Shown: piece after piece, positions 1-7,799 of the stretch
Numbering within the stretch: the stretch's first letter is position 1
Layout of the letters: every line of letters begins with the position of its first letter
Virus record (IMG/VR): IMGVR_UViG_2579778554_000010
DNA: 49,778 nt
Strand: one strand, 5' to 3'
Origin: a virus
Taxonomy: Duplodnaviria > Heunggongvirae > Uroviricota > Caudoviricetes
The notes under the pieces: model-generated
Database searches by the model: none
Told to the model about the DNA's origin: nothing
Seen by the model: only the letters and a program-made list of their open reading frames with translations
Translations under genes and position numbers: made by a program

Positions 1-1131
1 TCAAATGACCAGTTTTTTCCATTCCTTACCGCGTGCGTCGTTGTAAATATCGGTCATTTTTTGATTCGAATGGCCCAGCAAAATTTTGGTATCAACCCCC
101 TGCTCTCTGAACAATCGCTCTGATAAAGATCTCTGCTCATGGAAAGAGGGTGGGGTGCCATTAGCACGCCAGTTGTAATCCACAGAATCCCGGGCTTTTT
201 TAAATGCAACGGTTAATGTTGCTGGCTTAACCATCCCGCCGCGCTTAGCTGTCCCTTTCGCGTGATGGTGGTGCAATAGCCACGGACTAAGAACGCAATC
301 GCGGCAGGATGACACTACATCATCCAGGGTGAGATTTAATTTATCGCAACGCAGAGCCAGAGGGATGGCAATCCGGGTTCCTGTTTTTTGCTGTTCGACA
401 TGAAGATAACCATCCCGGATATCCGAAAATTGCATTTTGCAAATATCTGAAAGGCGCTGGCCTGTCATCAGTGCCAGCAGCATACCGCGCTGTAAAAAGT
501 AACCATCCTTTTCCGCTGCGTTATAAATCATCATCCACTCATCAAAAGTCAGTCGCTGTCTTGATATCCGCACCTGCGGTTTTTTTGCCGATTCTGCAGG
601 GTTAAAGCCTGGCGGGACATCGCCCGTTTGCTGAGCTTCCCGGAAAACATCGATCAGTACTTTCCTGAAAATTTGTCCCATTCTGTTATGTCCTCTGGCC
701 TTGTACTCTTCCAGTACTGATACCACATCTTTTACGGTTATGGCATCTAACGGTCTGGTGCCAAAACGTTCATCAAATACCCTGAGAGGGGCCGCTTTCT
801 GTTTCAGCGTGTTGAGTTTGATCTCGCCGTTTTCATATCTTTCCTGTTGAATTTTTCTGTAATTATTCAGAAAAATGGTAACGGTTGATGAACCGCCGGT
901 ATCACTAATAATTTTCTCCTGCAGACTGAGCATTTGTTCCATTTGCTGCCGGGCAAGACGGCTGTTCGCTTCTGCTGCAATAGTTTCTGCCAGTTTCTGG
1001 TCAATACTGCCGAGACCGTGATTTTTGCCTGTTATGGGATGCCTGTAACGCCAGTAAACTTTGTTATTTCTTTTGTCAAAATACGGAGATAATCCCGGAA
1101 CATCGGTTTTATATTTTCGCGGGCGCGCCAT
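1..1131 (-). CDS. int: Phage integrase (tyrosine recombinase); complete, stop codon at 1-3
   Basis: 376-aa ORF at the prophage edge, followed by an overlapping excisionase gene; position and size fit a lambdoid Int. Family assignment is by architecture, not a search. Confidence 0.85.
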   Translation of the reverse strand: MARPRKYKTDVPGLSPYFDKRNNKVYWRYRHPITGKNHGLGSIDQKLAETIAAEANSRLARQQMEQMLSLQEKIISDTGGSSTVTIFLNNYRKIQQERYENGEIKLNTLKQKAAPLRVFDERFGTRPLDAITVKDVVSVLEEYKARGHNRMGQIFRKVLIDVFREAQQTGDVPPGFNPAESAKKPQVRISRQRLTFDEWMMIYNAAEKDGYFLQRGMLLALMTGQRLSDICKMQFSDIRDGYLHVEQQKTGTRIAIPLALRCDKLNLTLDDVVSSCRDCVLSPWLLHHHHAKGTAKRGGMVKPATLTVAFKKARDSVDYNWRANGTPPSFHEQRSLSERLFREQGVDTKILLGHSNQKMTDIYNDARGKEWKKLVI

Positions 1132-1357
1132 CTTCCAGTATCCTCTTCAAAGCAGGGTGATCTGTGGCGATCACCTCCGGCTTGTTTACCATTCCGACAA
1201 AGCGAGCTTGCGGATCCACTCGCCAGCGTCTTCCAACTTTTTTGGGGAGAGGAAATATCATTCCGGCTTTAGCGTATTTACTTAACGTACTCGGAGTTGG
1301 GACCGGTTCACTGAATTCCTCTTTTGCCCACTCAGTGAGCAGAATAAGTCTTGCCAT
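1109..1357 (-). CDS. xis: Excisionase
   Basis: 82-aa ORF overlapping the int start by 23 nt; contains an EW...IFPLPKKVGRRW pattern resembling the lambda Xis winged helix. Confidence 0.7.
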   Translation of the reverse strand: MARLILLTEWAKEEFSEPVPTPSTLSKYAKAGMIFPLPKKVGRRWRVDPQARFVGMVNKPEVIATDHPALKRILEDGAPAKI

Positions 1358-1421
1358 GAGCGTCGTTCGCTAATCATGGTCGCCGCCACTATAGCTGGTG
1401 GGCAACGACCGGGGTTGAACA

Positions 1422-3893
1422 TTAAAAATCAGCCTGATTCGGGATCAGTTTTTGCCAGATAACTGAAACGTATTTTGCCTGGTAACGGGCGTCATCAAGT
1501 GCATTATGGCGCTCACCTTCGAATGGAATAGCCGTTCTGGCATCGAAGTCTATGGCTTTCCCCAGCTCAACGATTGTGCGTACATCGCGATCGTTGTAGT
1601 AACGCCACGGGCAGGGGATCCCCTGCCGTTCGTATGAACGGCGCAAAATCGTGTTGTCGAAGTTGGCTCCATTTCCCCAGACCTGAACAAAAAATTCACC
1701 GGAGTTTTCGTCGATAAATTCCCGCAATTGTAACAGTGCATCATCTAACGGGATTTCATCGGTCATAATGGCAGATTGCGCTTCGCGTGATTGCTTAAGC
1801 CACCATTTAATGGTGTCCCGATCAATGACCCCGCCAGCAGTTTCCAGATCGATAGTCTTACTAAATTCCGGTCCCATATCTCCGGTTTGCGGATCGAAAA
1901 ATATTGCACCTATTGAGATGATCGGGGCATCAGGATTTTTTCCCATGGTTTCAAGGTCGATCATTAGATGGTCACACGTCCTGCTGGTGGATGTGATTTC
2001 TTGATGACCGTTCACCTTAATTGAGTGATCTGCCGTCTCGCCAGTTTCATTATCGCTATCGTGATGCTGATTGCCGCCAGTGTTCTCCTTGTGTGGATGT
2101 TCAGCGCCTTCCATTTCCTCCGGATCATCTTCCTGAACTTCAACCTGATACTCTTCATCGAATGTTTCCTGGTATGTTGCGTCGCCCATCACCGCGCCAC
2201 AATCAGGGCAGTTGCCGCCGCCGGTCTGACCGCAGGCGGTGCAGACTTTTTCCACTTCCTGTTGCGCCACTGGTTCAGGCTGTTTCGTTTCTGGCTCGTT
2301 TTGTAACGCATTTGGGCTGTTTTGTTCCGCTTTCTGGCCGTTCTGTTCCGTTTCTTGCTGGTTCTGATTCACTGAATCGCGGGTTTCAATCCCCTTCACC
2401 CATTTCGGATCATTCGGGTCGCTAATCCCTGCAACAAATTCACCACGTGATACAGCAAGCAACTTATTGGCGTCAGGCTGGCTGATATTGGCTGCCTGCA
2501 TAATTTTGTTTACTTCGTCAGCGGTAACTTTTACCGGCTCTGGTTGTGCGATCGTGTCAGATGCACCAGTATTTTGTTGTGAACCAGAGTACGTGCCGTT
2601 TTTACGTGCGAAGTATTCCTCTTTTGTGATTTCCGTAGCTCCCAGGGCCAGTGCTTTTTCCAGACCAGAAAGTTTGTTTGCGCGACCGTATTTTTCGCCG
2701 TCCTTATCGGTGAAAAGGAAGTAGAACGGTCCCTCACGCTCTACAGATGGTTCGTCTTCCACTTCGCATTCGGTTTTTTCGTTGTCCGGCATTGCCGTTT
2801 CCACTGCATCAGTTTCTGGTACTGGCGACGAGAGAGTATCAGTTGCGCTCTGATTTCTTCCTTCATCTTCAAACACGCCCTTTGTAGTCAGGTATTCAGT
2901 AATGTATTTGTTCAGTGCCACAGGGTCTTTGTGAATGTCGATCGGACGTTCACGGACAAGGCCAAAAATAGTCTGGCGGTCGTAGCGAAGGGCATCAGGC
3001 TGTTTGCGCATTGATGCCGAGATACGCTTCCAGTCTTCGCGGTCGTTGTCGATAACTTCATTTTTTGCCCAGCGATGGATGCTGCCGTCAATGTTTCCGG
3101 CATCCACATCACCAGGCCAGAGAGCGTAGGCCAGTTCGTCATCCAGTGTTTTCCATGTCTGCTTGTATTCGCGATGAATGGCAGCAATGACCGGGCTGAT
3201 TTTTCCTGTTGAATTTTCACTGTGCTGTTGATTGGTTCTGGCGCGGGCGAGATCAACAACAGACGTGTATTTTCCGGTTTCCTTGCGTTCACCTTCGCGA
3301 CGTTTTTTCCAGATGCGCATCTCTGCCTGAATTTCGGGCCATTTGGCACCAGGCTTACATTTATGCTTAACCCACCCGATGGCATGCAGCTTAAGCTCCG
3401 GATACATGGCGTTAACTTCTGGCATTTTCATCAACGCTTCAACGATATGTCCGTCGAATGTTGCCATGTCTTCCTGCAACAATTCCTGTGCGCTAATAAC
3501 CATATCAACGGTGATGTTTTCACATGTGTCGAACTTAACCATGACAGCGTTCTGTACTTCAGGGGCCAACTTGTCAAAAGTGACGTTCATCGGATCTGAT
3601 TCAGTCTCAACCGGGACAAAGGAAGCAGACTCCTCATCCCAGCGGTTTTCCTGCATATATTCAGCATCCCAGGAATCGAGGGCAGGGCGGGGTATGCCGG
3701 GTTTATCCTCACAGACAATAAATTTATAAGCGCAGTCCTGAGCAGCCGGATAATGTTCCAGGAATTGCCAGTGAAATTTTGCGCGGGCGCGACGTTCATC
3801 ACCGGCTTCAATGGCAGTGGCTACAGCGACTGCACCTTCTTCCTTTATTGCCTGTTCGTCCGGAATGGCGGCGCAAATAAAGACTTTACTCAT
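1422..3893 (-). CDS. Phage exonuclease, 823 aa, with C-terminal DEDDh-type 3'-5' exonuclease domain (full-length counterpart of the truncated Qin ydfE)
   Basis: C-terminal motifs MIDLETMG ... WGNGANFD ... HNALDDA typical of DnaQ-like exonucleases; acidic central region; sits in the early-left operon next to xis. Confidence 0.7.
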   Translation of the reverse strand: MSKVFICAAIPDEQAIKEEGAVAVATAIEAGDERRARAKFHWQFLEHYPAAQDCAYKFIVCEDKPGIPRPALDSWDAEYMQENRWDEESASFVPVETESDPMNVTFDKLAPEVQNAVMVKFDTCENITVDMVISAQELLQEDMATFDGHIVEALMKMPEVNAMYPELKLHAIGWVKHKCKPGAKWPEIQAEMRIWKKRREGERKETGKYTSVVDLARARTNQQHSENSTGKISPVIAAIHREYKQTWKTLDDELAYALWPGDVDAGNIDGSIHRWAKNEVIDNDREDWKRISASMRKQPDALRYDRQTIFGLVRERPIDIHKDPVALNKYITEYLTTKGVFEDEGRNQSATDTLSSPVPETDAVETAMPDNEKTECEVEDEPSVEREGPFYFLFTDKDGEKYGRANKLSGLEKALALGATEITKEEYFARKNGTYSGSQQNTGASDTIAQPEPVKVTADEVNKIMQAANISQPDANKLLAVSRGEFVAGISDPNDPKWVKGIETRDSVNQNQQETEQNGQKAEQNSPNALQNEPETKQPEPVAQQEVEKVCTACGQTGGGNCPDCGAVMGDATYQETFDEEYQVEVQEDDPEEMEGAEHPHKENTGGNQHHDSDNETGETADHSIKVNGHQEITSTSRTCDHLMIDLETMGKNPDAPIISIGAIFFDPQTGDMGPEFSKTIDLETAGGVIDRDTIKWWLKQSREAQSAIMTDEIPLDDALLQLREFIDENSGEFFVQVWGNGANFDNTILRRSYERQGIPCPWRYYNDRDVRTIVELGKAIDFDARTAIPFEGERHNALDDARYQAKYVSVIWQKLIPNQADF

Positions 3894-3985
3894 TTTGTTT
3901 TACCTCATTACAGATTTAAGGGTGAACAAATCCCTGCCATTGCTGGCATATAAGAATGAAACCGGATATTTATTACGGAACTGTT

Positions 3986-4177
3986 TTAAAGACCTGCCGG
4001 GATTTCGTTATTATCCTGGTGAATAACTTTATCGACCGGGTAACAGTTACCGGGAATTTTCTGTTCGGTTGCTGCAGTCACACACTCCTGCATTGTCCTG
4101 TGAACACTGACTGCAATATCAACTGGCTCTCCGGAAACAAGAAAAACTGTCAGAACAAGTGCAAATGCTGTATTCAT
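3986..4177 (-). CDS. ydfD: YdfD-like small protein with N-terminal hydrophobic segment (Qin YdfD is a reported lysis-inducing protein)
   Basis: 63-aa ORF MNTAFALVLTVFLVSG...; its ATG overlaps the dicB stop in an ATGA arrangement; same size and position as ydfD after dicB in Qin. Confidence 0.55.
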   Translation of the reverse strand: MNTAFALVLTVFLVSGEPVDIAVSVHRTMQECVTAATEQKIPGNCYPVDKVIHQDNNEIPAGL

Positions 4178-4362
4178 TGTGCACATCCTTTTTGTATCGG
4201 ACGTAAACGGGCCAGCATTGAAAGAATGCATATTTTATTTAATAACTCCCGTTCGTGTTTTCTCTTGTTAATGGCATCTTCAGTAAATACAGGGTTACTG
4301 ATAGTGACACCAATTTCAAAACAACCTTCAGACGTATTAACGTTTGGTAATAACGTTTCCAT
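4174..4362 (-). CDS. dicB: Cell division inhibitor DicB
   Basis: 62-aa product METLLPNVNTSEGCFEIGVTISNPVFTEDAINKRKHERELLNKICILSMLARLRPIQKGCAQ, near-identical to my recollection of E. coli K-12 DicB; start codon at 4362-4360. Confidence 0.85.
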   Translation of the reverse strand: METLLPNVNTSEGCFEIGVTISNPVFTEDAINKRKHERELLNKICILSMLARLRPIQKGCAQ

Positions 4363-4532
4363 TATCGCGTCCTCAACAATGAATTTTGTGATGCGGTGCC
4401 TGGTGCCTCCAGGTGACGTTAACCAGTTAACAATTAACGCCGGATACAGAGAATCCACCCATAACACTGTTTTTGGTTTTAACTGTTCCGCGTGCGCTCA
4501 GCCGCATTCACCACATCACAAAATTCACTTTA

Positions 4533-4589
4533 AAAAGGGCGGCAGAGCAGTCACGGAGTAAAACTGATACCGCCAAACGTCACCAGAAA
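4533..4589 (-). ncRNA. dicF: DicF small RNA (ftsZ-targeting sRNA)
   Basis: Minus-strand sequence UUUCUGGUGACGUUUGGCGGUAUCAGUUUUACUCCGUGACUGCUCUGCCGCCCUUUUU matches recalled DicF, including the 3' terminator hairpin; lies just upstream of dicB as in Qin. Confidence 0.7.
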
Positions 4590-4924
4590 ATTGATAACAG
4601 AGGGCGTTGCAGCGGGGTTGTCACTTAAGCGTATGGTCAACCTGACAACCCGGTGTCCTCAACGGGGGAAGGAATAACCCCGCCATACTTACCGCCGCGC
4701 CATTTCGCGGATTGCCACAACCGGAAGCGCACGGTCGACGAAAATTTAACGACAGGCTATCTATGAACCAGCTACCTCGCCGAGCGCTTTCGCGTTATGG
4801 TCTGACTTTTCAGGGAAATATCCTTTCAGTAAACTGTCAGTGCCGGATGCTCACCCGTGTCCGGCGCACGCACTCCACCTCACCCGTGGAGAACTCCTTA
4901 ATCACCAACCCTCAGGAGGGTGAA

Positions 4925-5200
4925 ATGTCGACTGAAAATGATGAAATCATTAACTCCCTGATACGCCAGATTAATAATTTTGATAAAGCATTGCAGCATG
5001 CTGCGGCGCGTAGTGATATAACTCTTTTAGCAATTTCATTTCTTGCATCTGTTATGGATAAAAATGAAGTCGTACGACAGAGTCTTGTTGATTATATCGA
5101 CTCGCTTCAACCCGGCACTTTCAATCATGAGAGCTTCAATCATGAGAAAGAGCATGTTAAGTCTGTAATTAATTCTCTTATTTTGAATCAAAAGAATTAA
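4925..5200 (+). CDS. Hypothetical protein, 91 aa, AT-rich
   Basis: ATG preceded by a strong RBS (AGGAGGGTGAA-ATG); opposite orientation to the surrounding operon; no recognisable domain. Confidence 0.45.
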   Translation: MSTENDEIINSLIRQINNFDKALQHAAARSDITLLAISFLASVMDKNEVVRQSLVDYIDSLQPGTFNHESFNHEKEHVKSVINSLILNQKN

Positions 5201-5498
5201 TGCTTTTTGTTGCAAAGTAATTTTCAAGGGGTTCTATTCGAATCCCTTTCGTTTTCATTAACAAGCCAAACCCCTTATCAATGATGTCCATTAGATCCAG
5301 GAAGTATTTTTCATGTAAATCCTGGTTATCAGAGAGCAGCTTCTCTTCGTACAGACCGATAAAGGCACGACGCACGTTACCGGATATAGTATCGATGGTT
5401 TCTTTTTCTACGGTACTCAGGTCAAGAGTCGCCAGTTGGGAACGAACTATATTCGCTGCCATTTCCTGGAATGGCATTGGTAAATCTTTAAATTCCAT
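5178..5498 (-). CDS. Hypothetical protein, 106 aa
   Basis: ATG immediately after the ydfC-like stop with a GAGG RBS; AT-rich; 3' end overlaps the convergent 4925..5200 ORF. Confidence 0.5.
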   Translation of the reverse strand: MEFKDLPMPFQEMAANIVRSQLATLDLSTVEKETIDTISGNVRRAFIGLYEEKLLSDNQDLHEKYFLDLMDIIDKGFGLLMKTKGIRIEPLENYFATKSINSFDSK

Positions 5499-5500
5499 TA

Positions 5501-5740
5501 TTAGCCTCGTTGGTTAGCTATTAACGTGGGTATGTAACCATTCTGGCAATGCTTAATGCCGCTGCTTTTTTCCAGCCTGGTGATATCCTGCTCCAGAGCG
5601 GACAGATTTTCAGCCTGCTTAGTCCTGGCTTCATTGGCCCATTTCAGATCCTGCACTGCATTAATTTTCTGGCGCATCCACTCATAAAGTTCATCATCGG
5701 TATAGTCTGGCGCGATGATGACGGGTTCTCGTTTCTGCAT
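5501..5740 (-). CDS. ydfC: YdfC-like protein
   Basis: N-terminus MQKREPVIIAPDYTDDELYEWMRQKINA... matches recalled Qin YdfC. Confidence 0.7.
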   Translation of the reverse strand: MQKREPVIIAPDYTDDELYEWMRQKINAVQDLKWANEARTKQAENLSALEQDITRLEKSSGIKHCQNGYIPTLIANQRG

Positions 5741-5769
5741 ACTGATTCCTCGCGGTGCTGTTTCGCTTA

Positions 5770-5898
5770 TCAGCCGTTAGATTTTCCCGAACTGGAAAGC
5801 GCCTGTTTAAATTCACTGAAGCTGAGAGCTTCTTCGCCTTCGGCAAGACCATCGAAGTATTCTTCGTAAGCCTTTTCCATGATTGTGTCGAAATCCAT
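5770..5898 (-). CDS. ydfB: YdfB-like small protein, 42 aa
   Basis: Hand translation MDFDTIMEKAYEEYFDGLAEGEEALSFSEFKQALSSSGKSNG; below the size cut-off of the ORF track; lies between the ydfA-like and ydfC-like genes as in Qin. Confidence 0.6.
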   Translation of the reverse strand: MDFDTIMEKAYEEYFDGLAEGEEALSFSEFKQALSSSGKSNG

Positions 5899-5899
5899 A

Positions 5900-6055
5900 T
5901 CACTCACCTGAGTTTCTTTCCAGCCAGCGACGGGCACCATTTTCGGTTTTAAACGTTTTGCTTTTGGTATACGTCATCGCGGTGAATGTGCCGTCCTGGT
6001 TGGGAAACACGCCGTACACCAGAGATTCGTTGTTGCCAAGCTCGATAGTATCCAT
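5900..6055 (-). CDS. ydfA: YdfA-like small protein, 51 aa
   Basis: Hand translation MDTIELGNNESLVYGVFPNQDGTFTAMTYTKSKTFKTENGARRWLERNSGE; first gene downstream of the repressor gene, as in Qin. Confidence 0.6.
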   Translation of the reverse strand: MDTIELGNNESLVYGVFPNQDGTFTAMTYTKSKTFKTENGARRWLERNSGE

Positions 6056-6346
6056 GCTGACCTCATTTCCCCTTAACGCCGGGTGGCGGAACTAAAACCT
6101 GCTGCATAGTTATTAAAGTTGAACCCTGCCGTCATGTTCTTACGCCTCGGGCTGGCTACTTAACCCCTGACCACTGCCTGGTAACTCGAAGTATTGCCCT
6201 GCATTCTGTAGGATGGGGTGAGGGAATGAATGAAGTTTAGAAAAACGAACTTTTCAGGTCAATGTTTTTTTATCAAAACATTTTAAGCAGGCAGCTGTTA
6301 AGCCATCACCACGATGGCATACAGTTAATCAAATAGATGAGGTTGG

Positions 6347-6985
6347 TTAAATATCTTGTTGAATTTTAAAGCATACGCCCAATATGCAAGATAGATCATC
6401 CAGCATAATTGAAGGGTAGCGAGGATTCGTGGGGACTAAAAGAATATCCGGCCCTTCTATCTCCAGTTTACGAATGACAGGTGTTGTGGTCCCTTTGGGT
6501 AAGGCAAGGACAATATTTCCTGGTTGTACGGTTCGATCGGGATCAACAAAAACTGTTGAACCATTTGGGATGGAAACTCCCCCACCAGATGTTGACATAC
6601 TGTCACTCTCTAGAACAACTGCAAAGGTATTGACCGGGATTTCTCCGACAAGCTGCACACAAGAGGTTATTGAGGAATTTTTCATATAATCACTCCAGCT
6701 TGCTGCCTGCTGAAGTGATAGTAGCGGAACCGTTTTTATCGGCGGTAAAGATAGATCAAGCGAATCACCTGTATTTAACTCTCCTCCATTAAGAAGCCAA
6801 TTTTCGTTTACTTTCAATATTTTTGCCAGTGAACTTATGTAACGCGAGGACGGCGCTCCTCCACCGTTCATCCATTGACTTACGGAGCCTTTTGATGCGC
6901 CAGTGCCATTGACAAGGTCTTTGCCTTTCAGGTTTAGCGCATGCATACGTTGGGTTATGCGTTCAGATATAGTTTGCTTGCTCAT
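6347..6985 (-). CDS. CI-type prophage repressor (N-terminal HTH, C-terminal S24 LexA-like autopeptidase domain)
   Basis: 212 aa; HTH-like N-terminus (GTGASKGSVSQWMNGGGAPSS); long C-terminal domain; divergent from a cro-like gene across an AT-rich intergenic region. Occupies the dicA position but is longer than K-12 DicA. Confidence 0.75.
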   Translation of the reverse strand: MSKQTISERITQRMHALNLKGKDLVNGTGASKGSVSQWMNGGGAPSSRYISSLAKILKVNENWLLNGGELNTGDSLDLSLPPIKTVPLLSLQQAASWSDYMKNSSITSCVQLVGEIPVNTFAVVLESDSMSTSGGGVSIPNGSTVFVDPDRTVQPGNIVLALPKGTTTPVIRKLEIEGPDILLVPTNPRYPSIMLDDLSCILGVCFKIQQDI

Positions 6986-7076
6986 GTTTTGATTTTAAAA
7001 CACAGATGGTTTTGTTTCTTGACTTTCTTTGGTTTTGATTATTAAACTTTTGACGTTCAGTTTTATGGAGCGACTC
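6986..7076. promoter_or_regulatory. Divergent immunity control region (candidate operators and promoters)
   Basis: AT-rich 91 bp between the repressor and cro-like genes, with two related 17-mers: GTTTTGATTTTAAAACA and GTTTTGATTATTAAACT. Confidence 0.45.
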
Positions 7077-7319
7077 ATGAAAAAATCAGAAGTATTAGGC
7101 TATTTTGGCGGAGTTGTTAAAACAGCCGCAGCTCTAGGAACGTCAAAAACCACAGTCAGCATGTGGGGGGAAGAGGTTCCGTGGAAATGGGCGTTGCTAA
7201 TTCAGGCAGTCACTGCCGGGGCGCTCAAATATGAGTTACACATACCGACGGTTGTCATTCCCGGTTCTGATCATAATCCGCCTTCTAACCAAGGGGGGAT
7301 TCATGAAAATCAGGCATGA
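7077..7319 (+). CDS. Cro-like small HTH regulator (DicC/YdaS position)
   Basis: 80 aa, first gene of the rightward operon opposite the repressor; start could instead be the upstream ATG at 7065. Confidence 0.6.
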   Translation: MKKSEVLGYFGGVVKTAAALGTSKTTVSMWGEEVPWKWALLIQAVTAGALKYELHIPTVVIPGSDHNPPSNQGGIHENQA

Positions 7320-7728
7320 GCACATCCGCATGGCGATGAATGCCTGGGCGCATCCGGACGGTGAAAAAGTTCCGGCAGCTGAAATAACCCGGGCTTATTT
7401 TGAGCTTGGTATGACGTTCCCGGAATTATATGACGACAGCCATCCGGAAGCCCTGGCTCGCAATACCCAGAAAATTTTCCGCTGGGTGGAGAAAGACACT
7501 CCTGATGCGGTTAAAAAAATTCAGGCGTTGTTACCAGCGATCGAAAAAGCAATGCCGCCTCTGCTGGTGGCCCGAATGCGCAGCCACAGTTCAGCTTATT
7601 TTCGGGAGCTGGTGGAGACGCGGGAACGACTGGTGAGAGACGCTGATGATTTTGTCGCAGTGGCGATCGCTGGTTTCAACCAGATGAATCGTGGTGGCCC
7701 TGCAGGAAATATTGTGGCTGTGCATTGA
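7303..7728 (+). CDS. YdaT-like protein (CII-position regulator)
   Basis: N-terminus MKIRHEHIRMAMNAW resembles recalled Rac YdaT; RBS AAGGGGGG upstream; overlaps the cro-like stop. Confidence 0.55.
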   Translation: MKIRHEHIRMAMNAWAHPDGEKVPAAEITRAYFELGMTFPELYDDSHPEALARNTQKIFRWVEKDTPDAVKKIQALLPAIEKAMPPLLVARMRSHSSAYFRELVETRERLVRDADDFVAVAIAGFNQMNRGGPAGNIVAVH

Positions 7729-7799
7729 CTCGCAATATTCATACCGGATCACTTCCGGCAATTTGTGAGTAAAAAGATTCGGTATCAGAAGAGGTGAGT

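Noticed and set aside
2021-2425. 134-aa and 93-aa plus-strand ORFs inside the exonuclease gene
   Set aside because: Fully embedded antisense to a long, well-supported gene; typical spurious frames.
3956-4561. 201-aa Cys-rich ORF on the plus strand
   Set aside because: Lies antisense to the ydfD-like gene, dicB and DicF; odd composition, no RBS, most likely a chance open frame.
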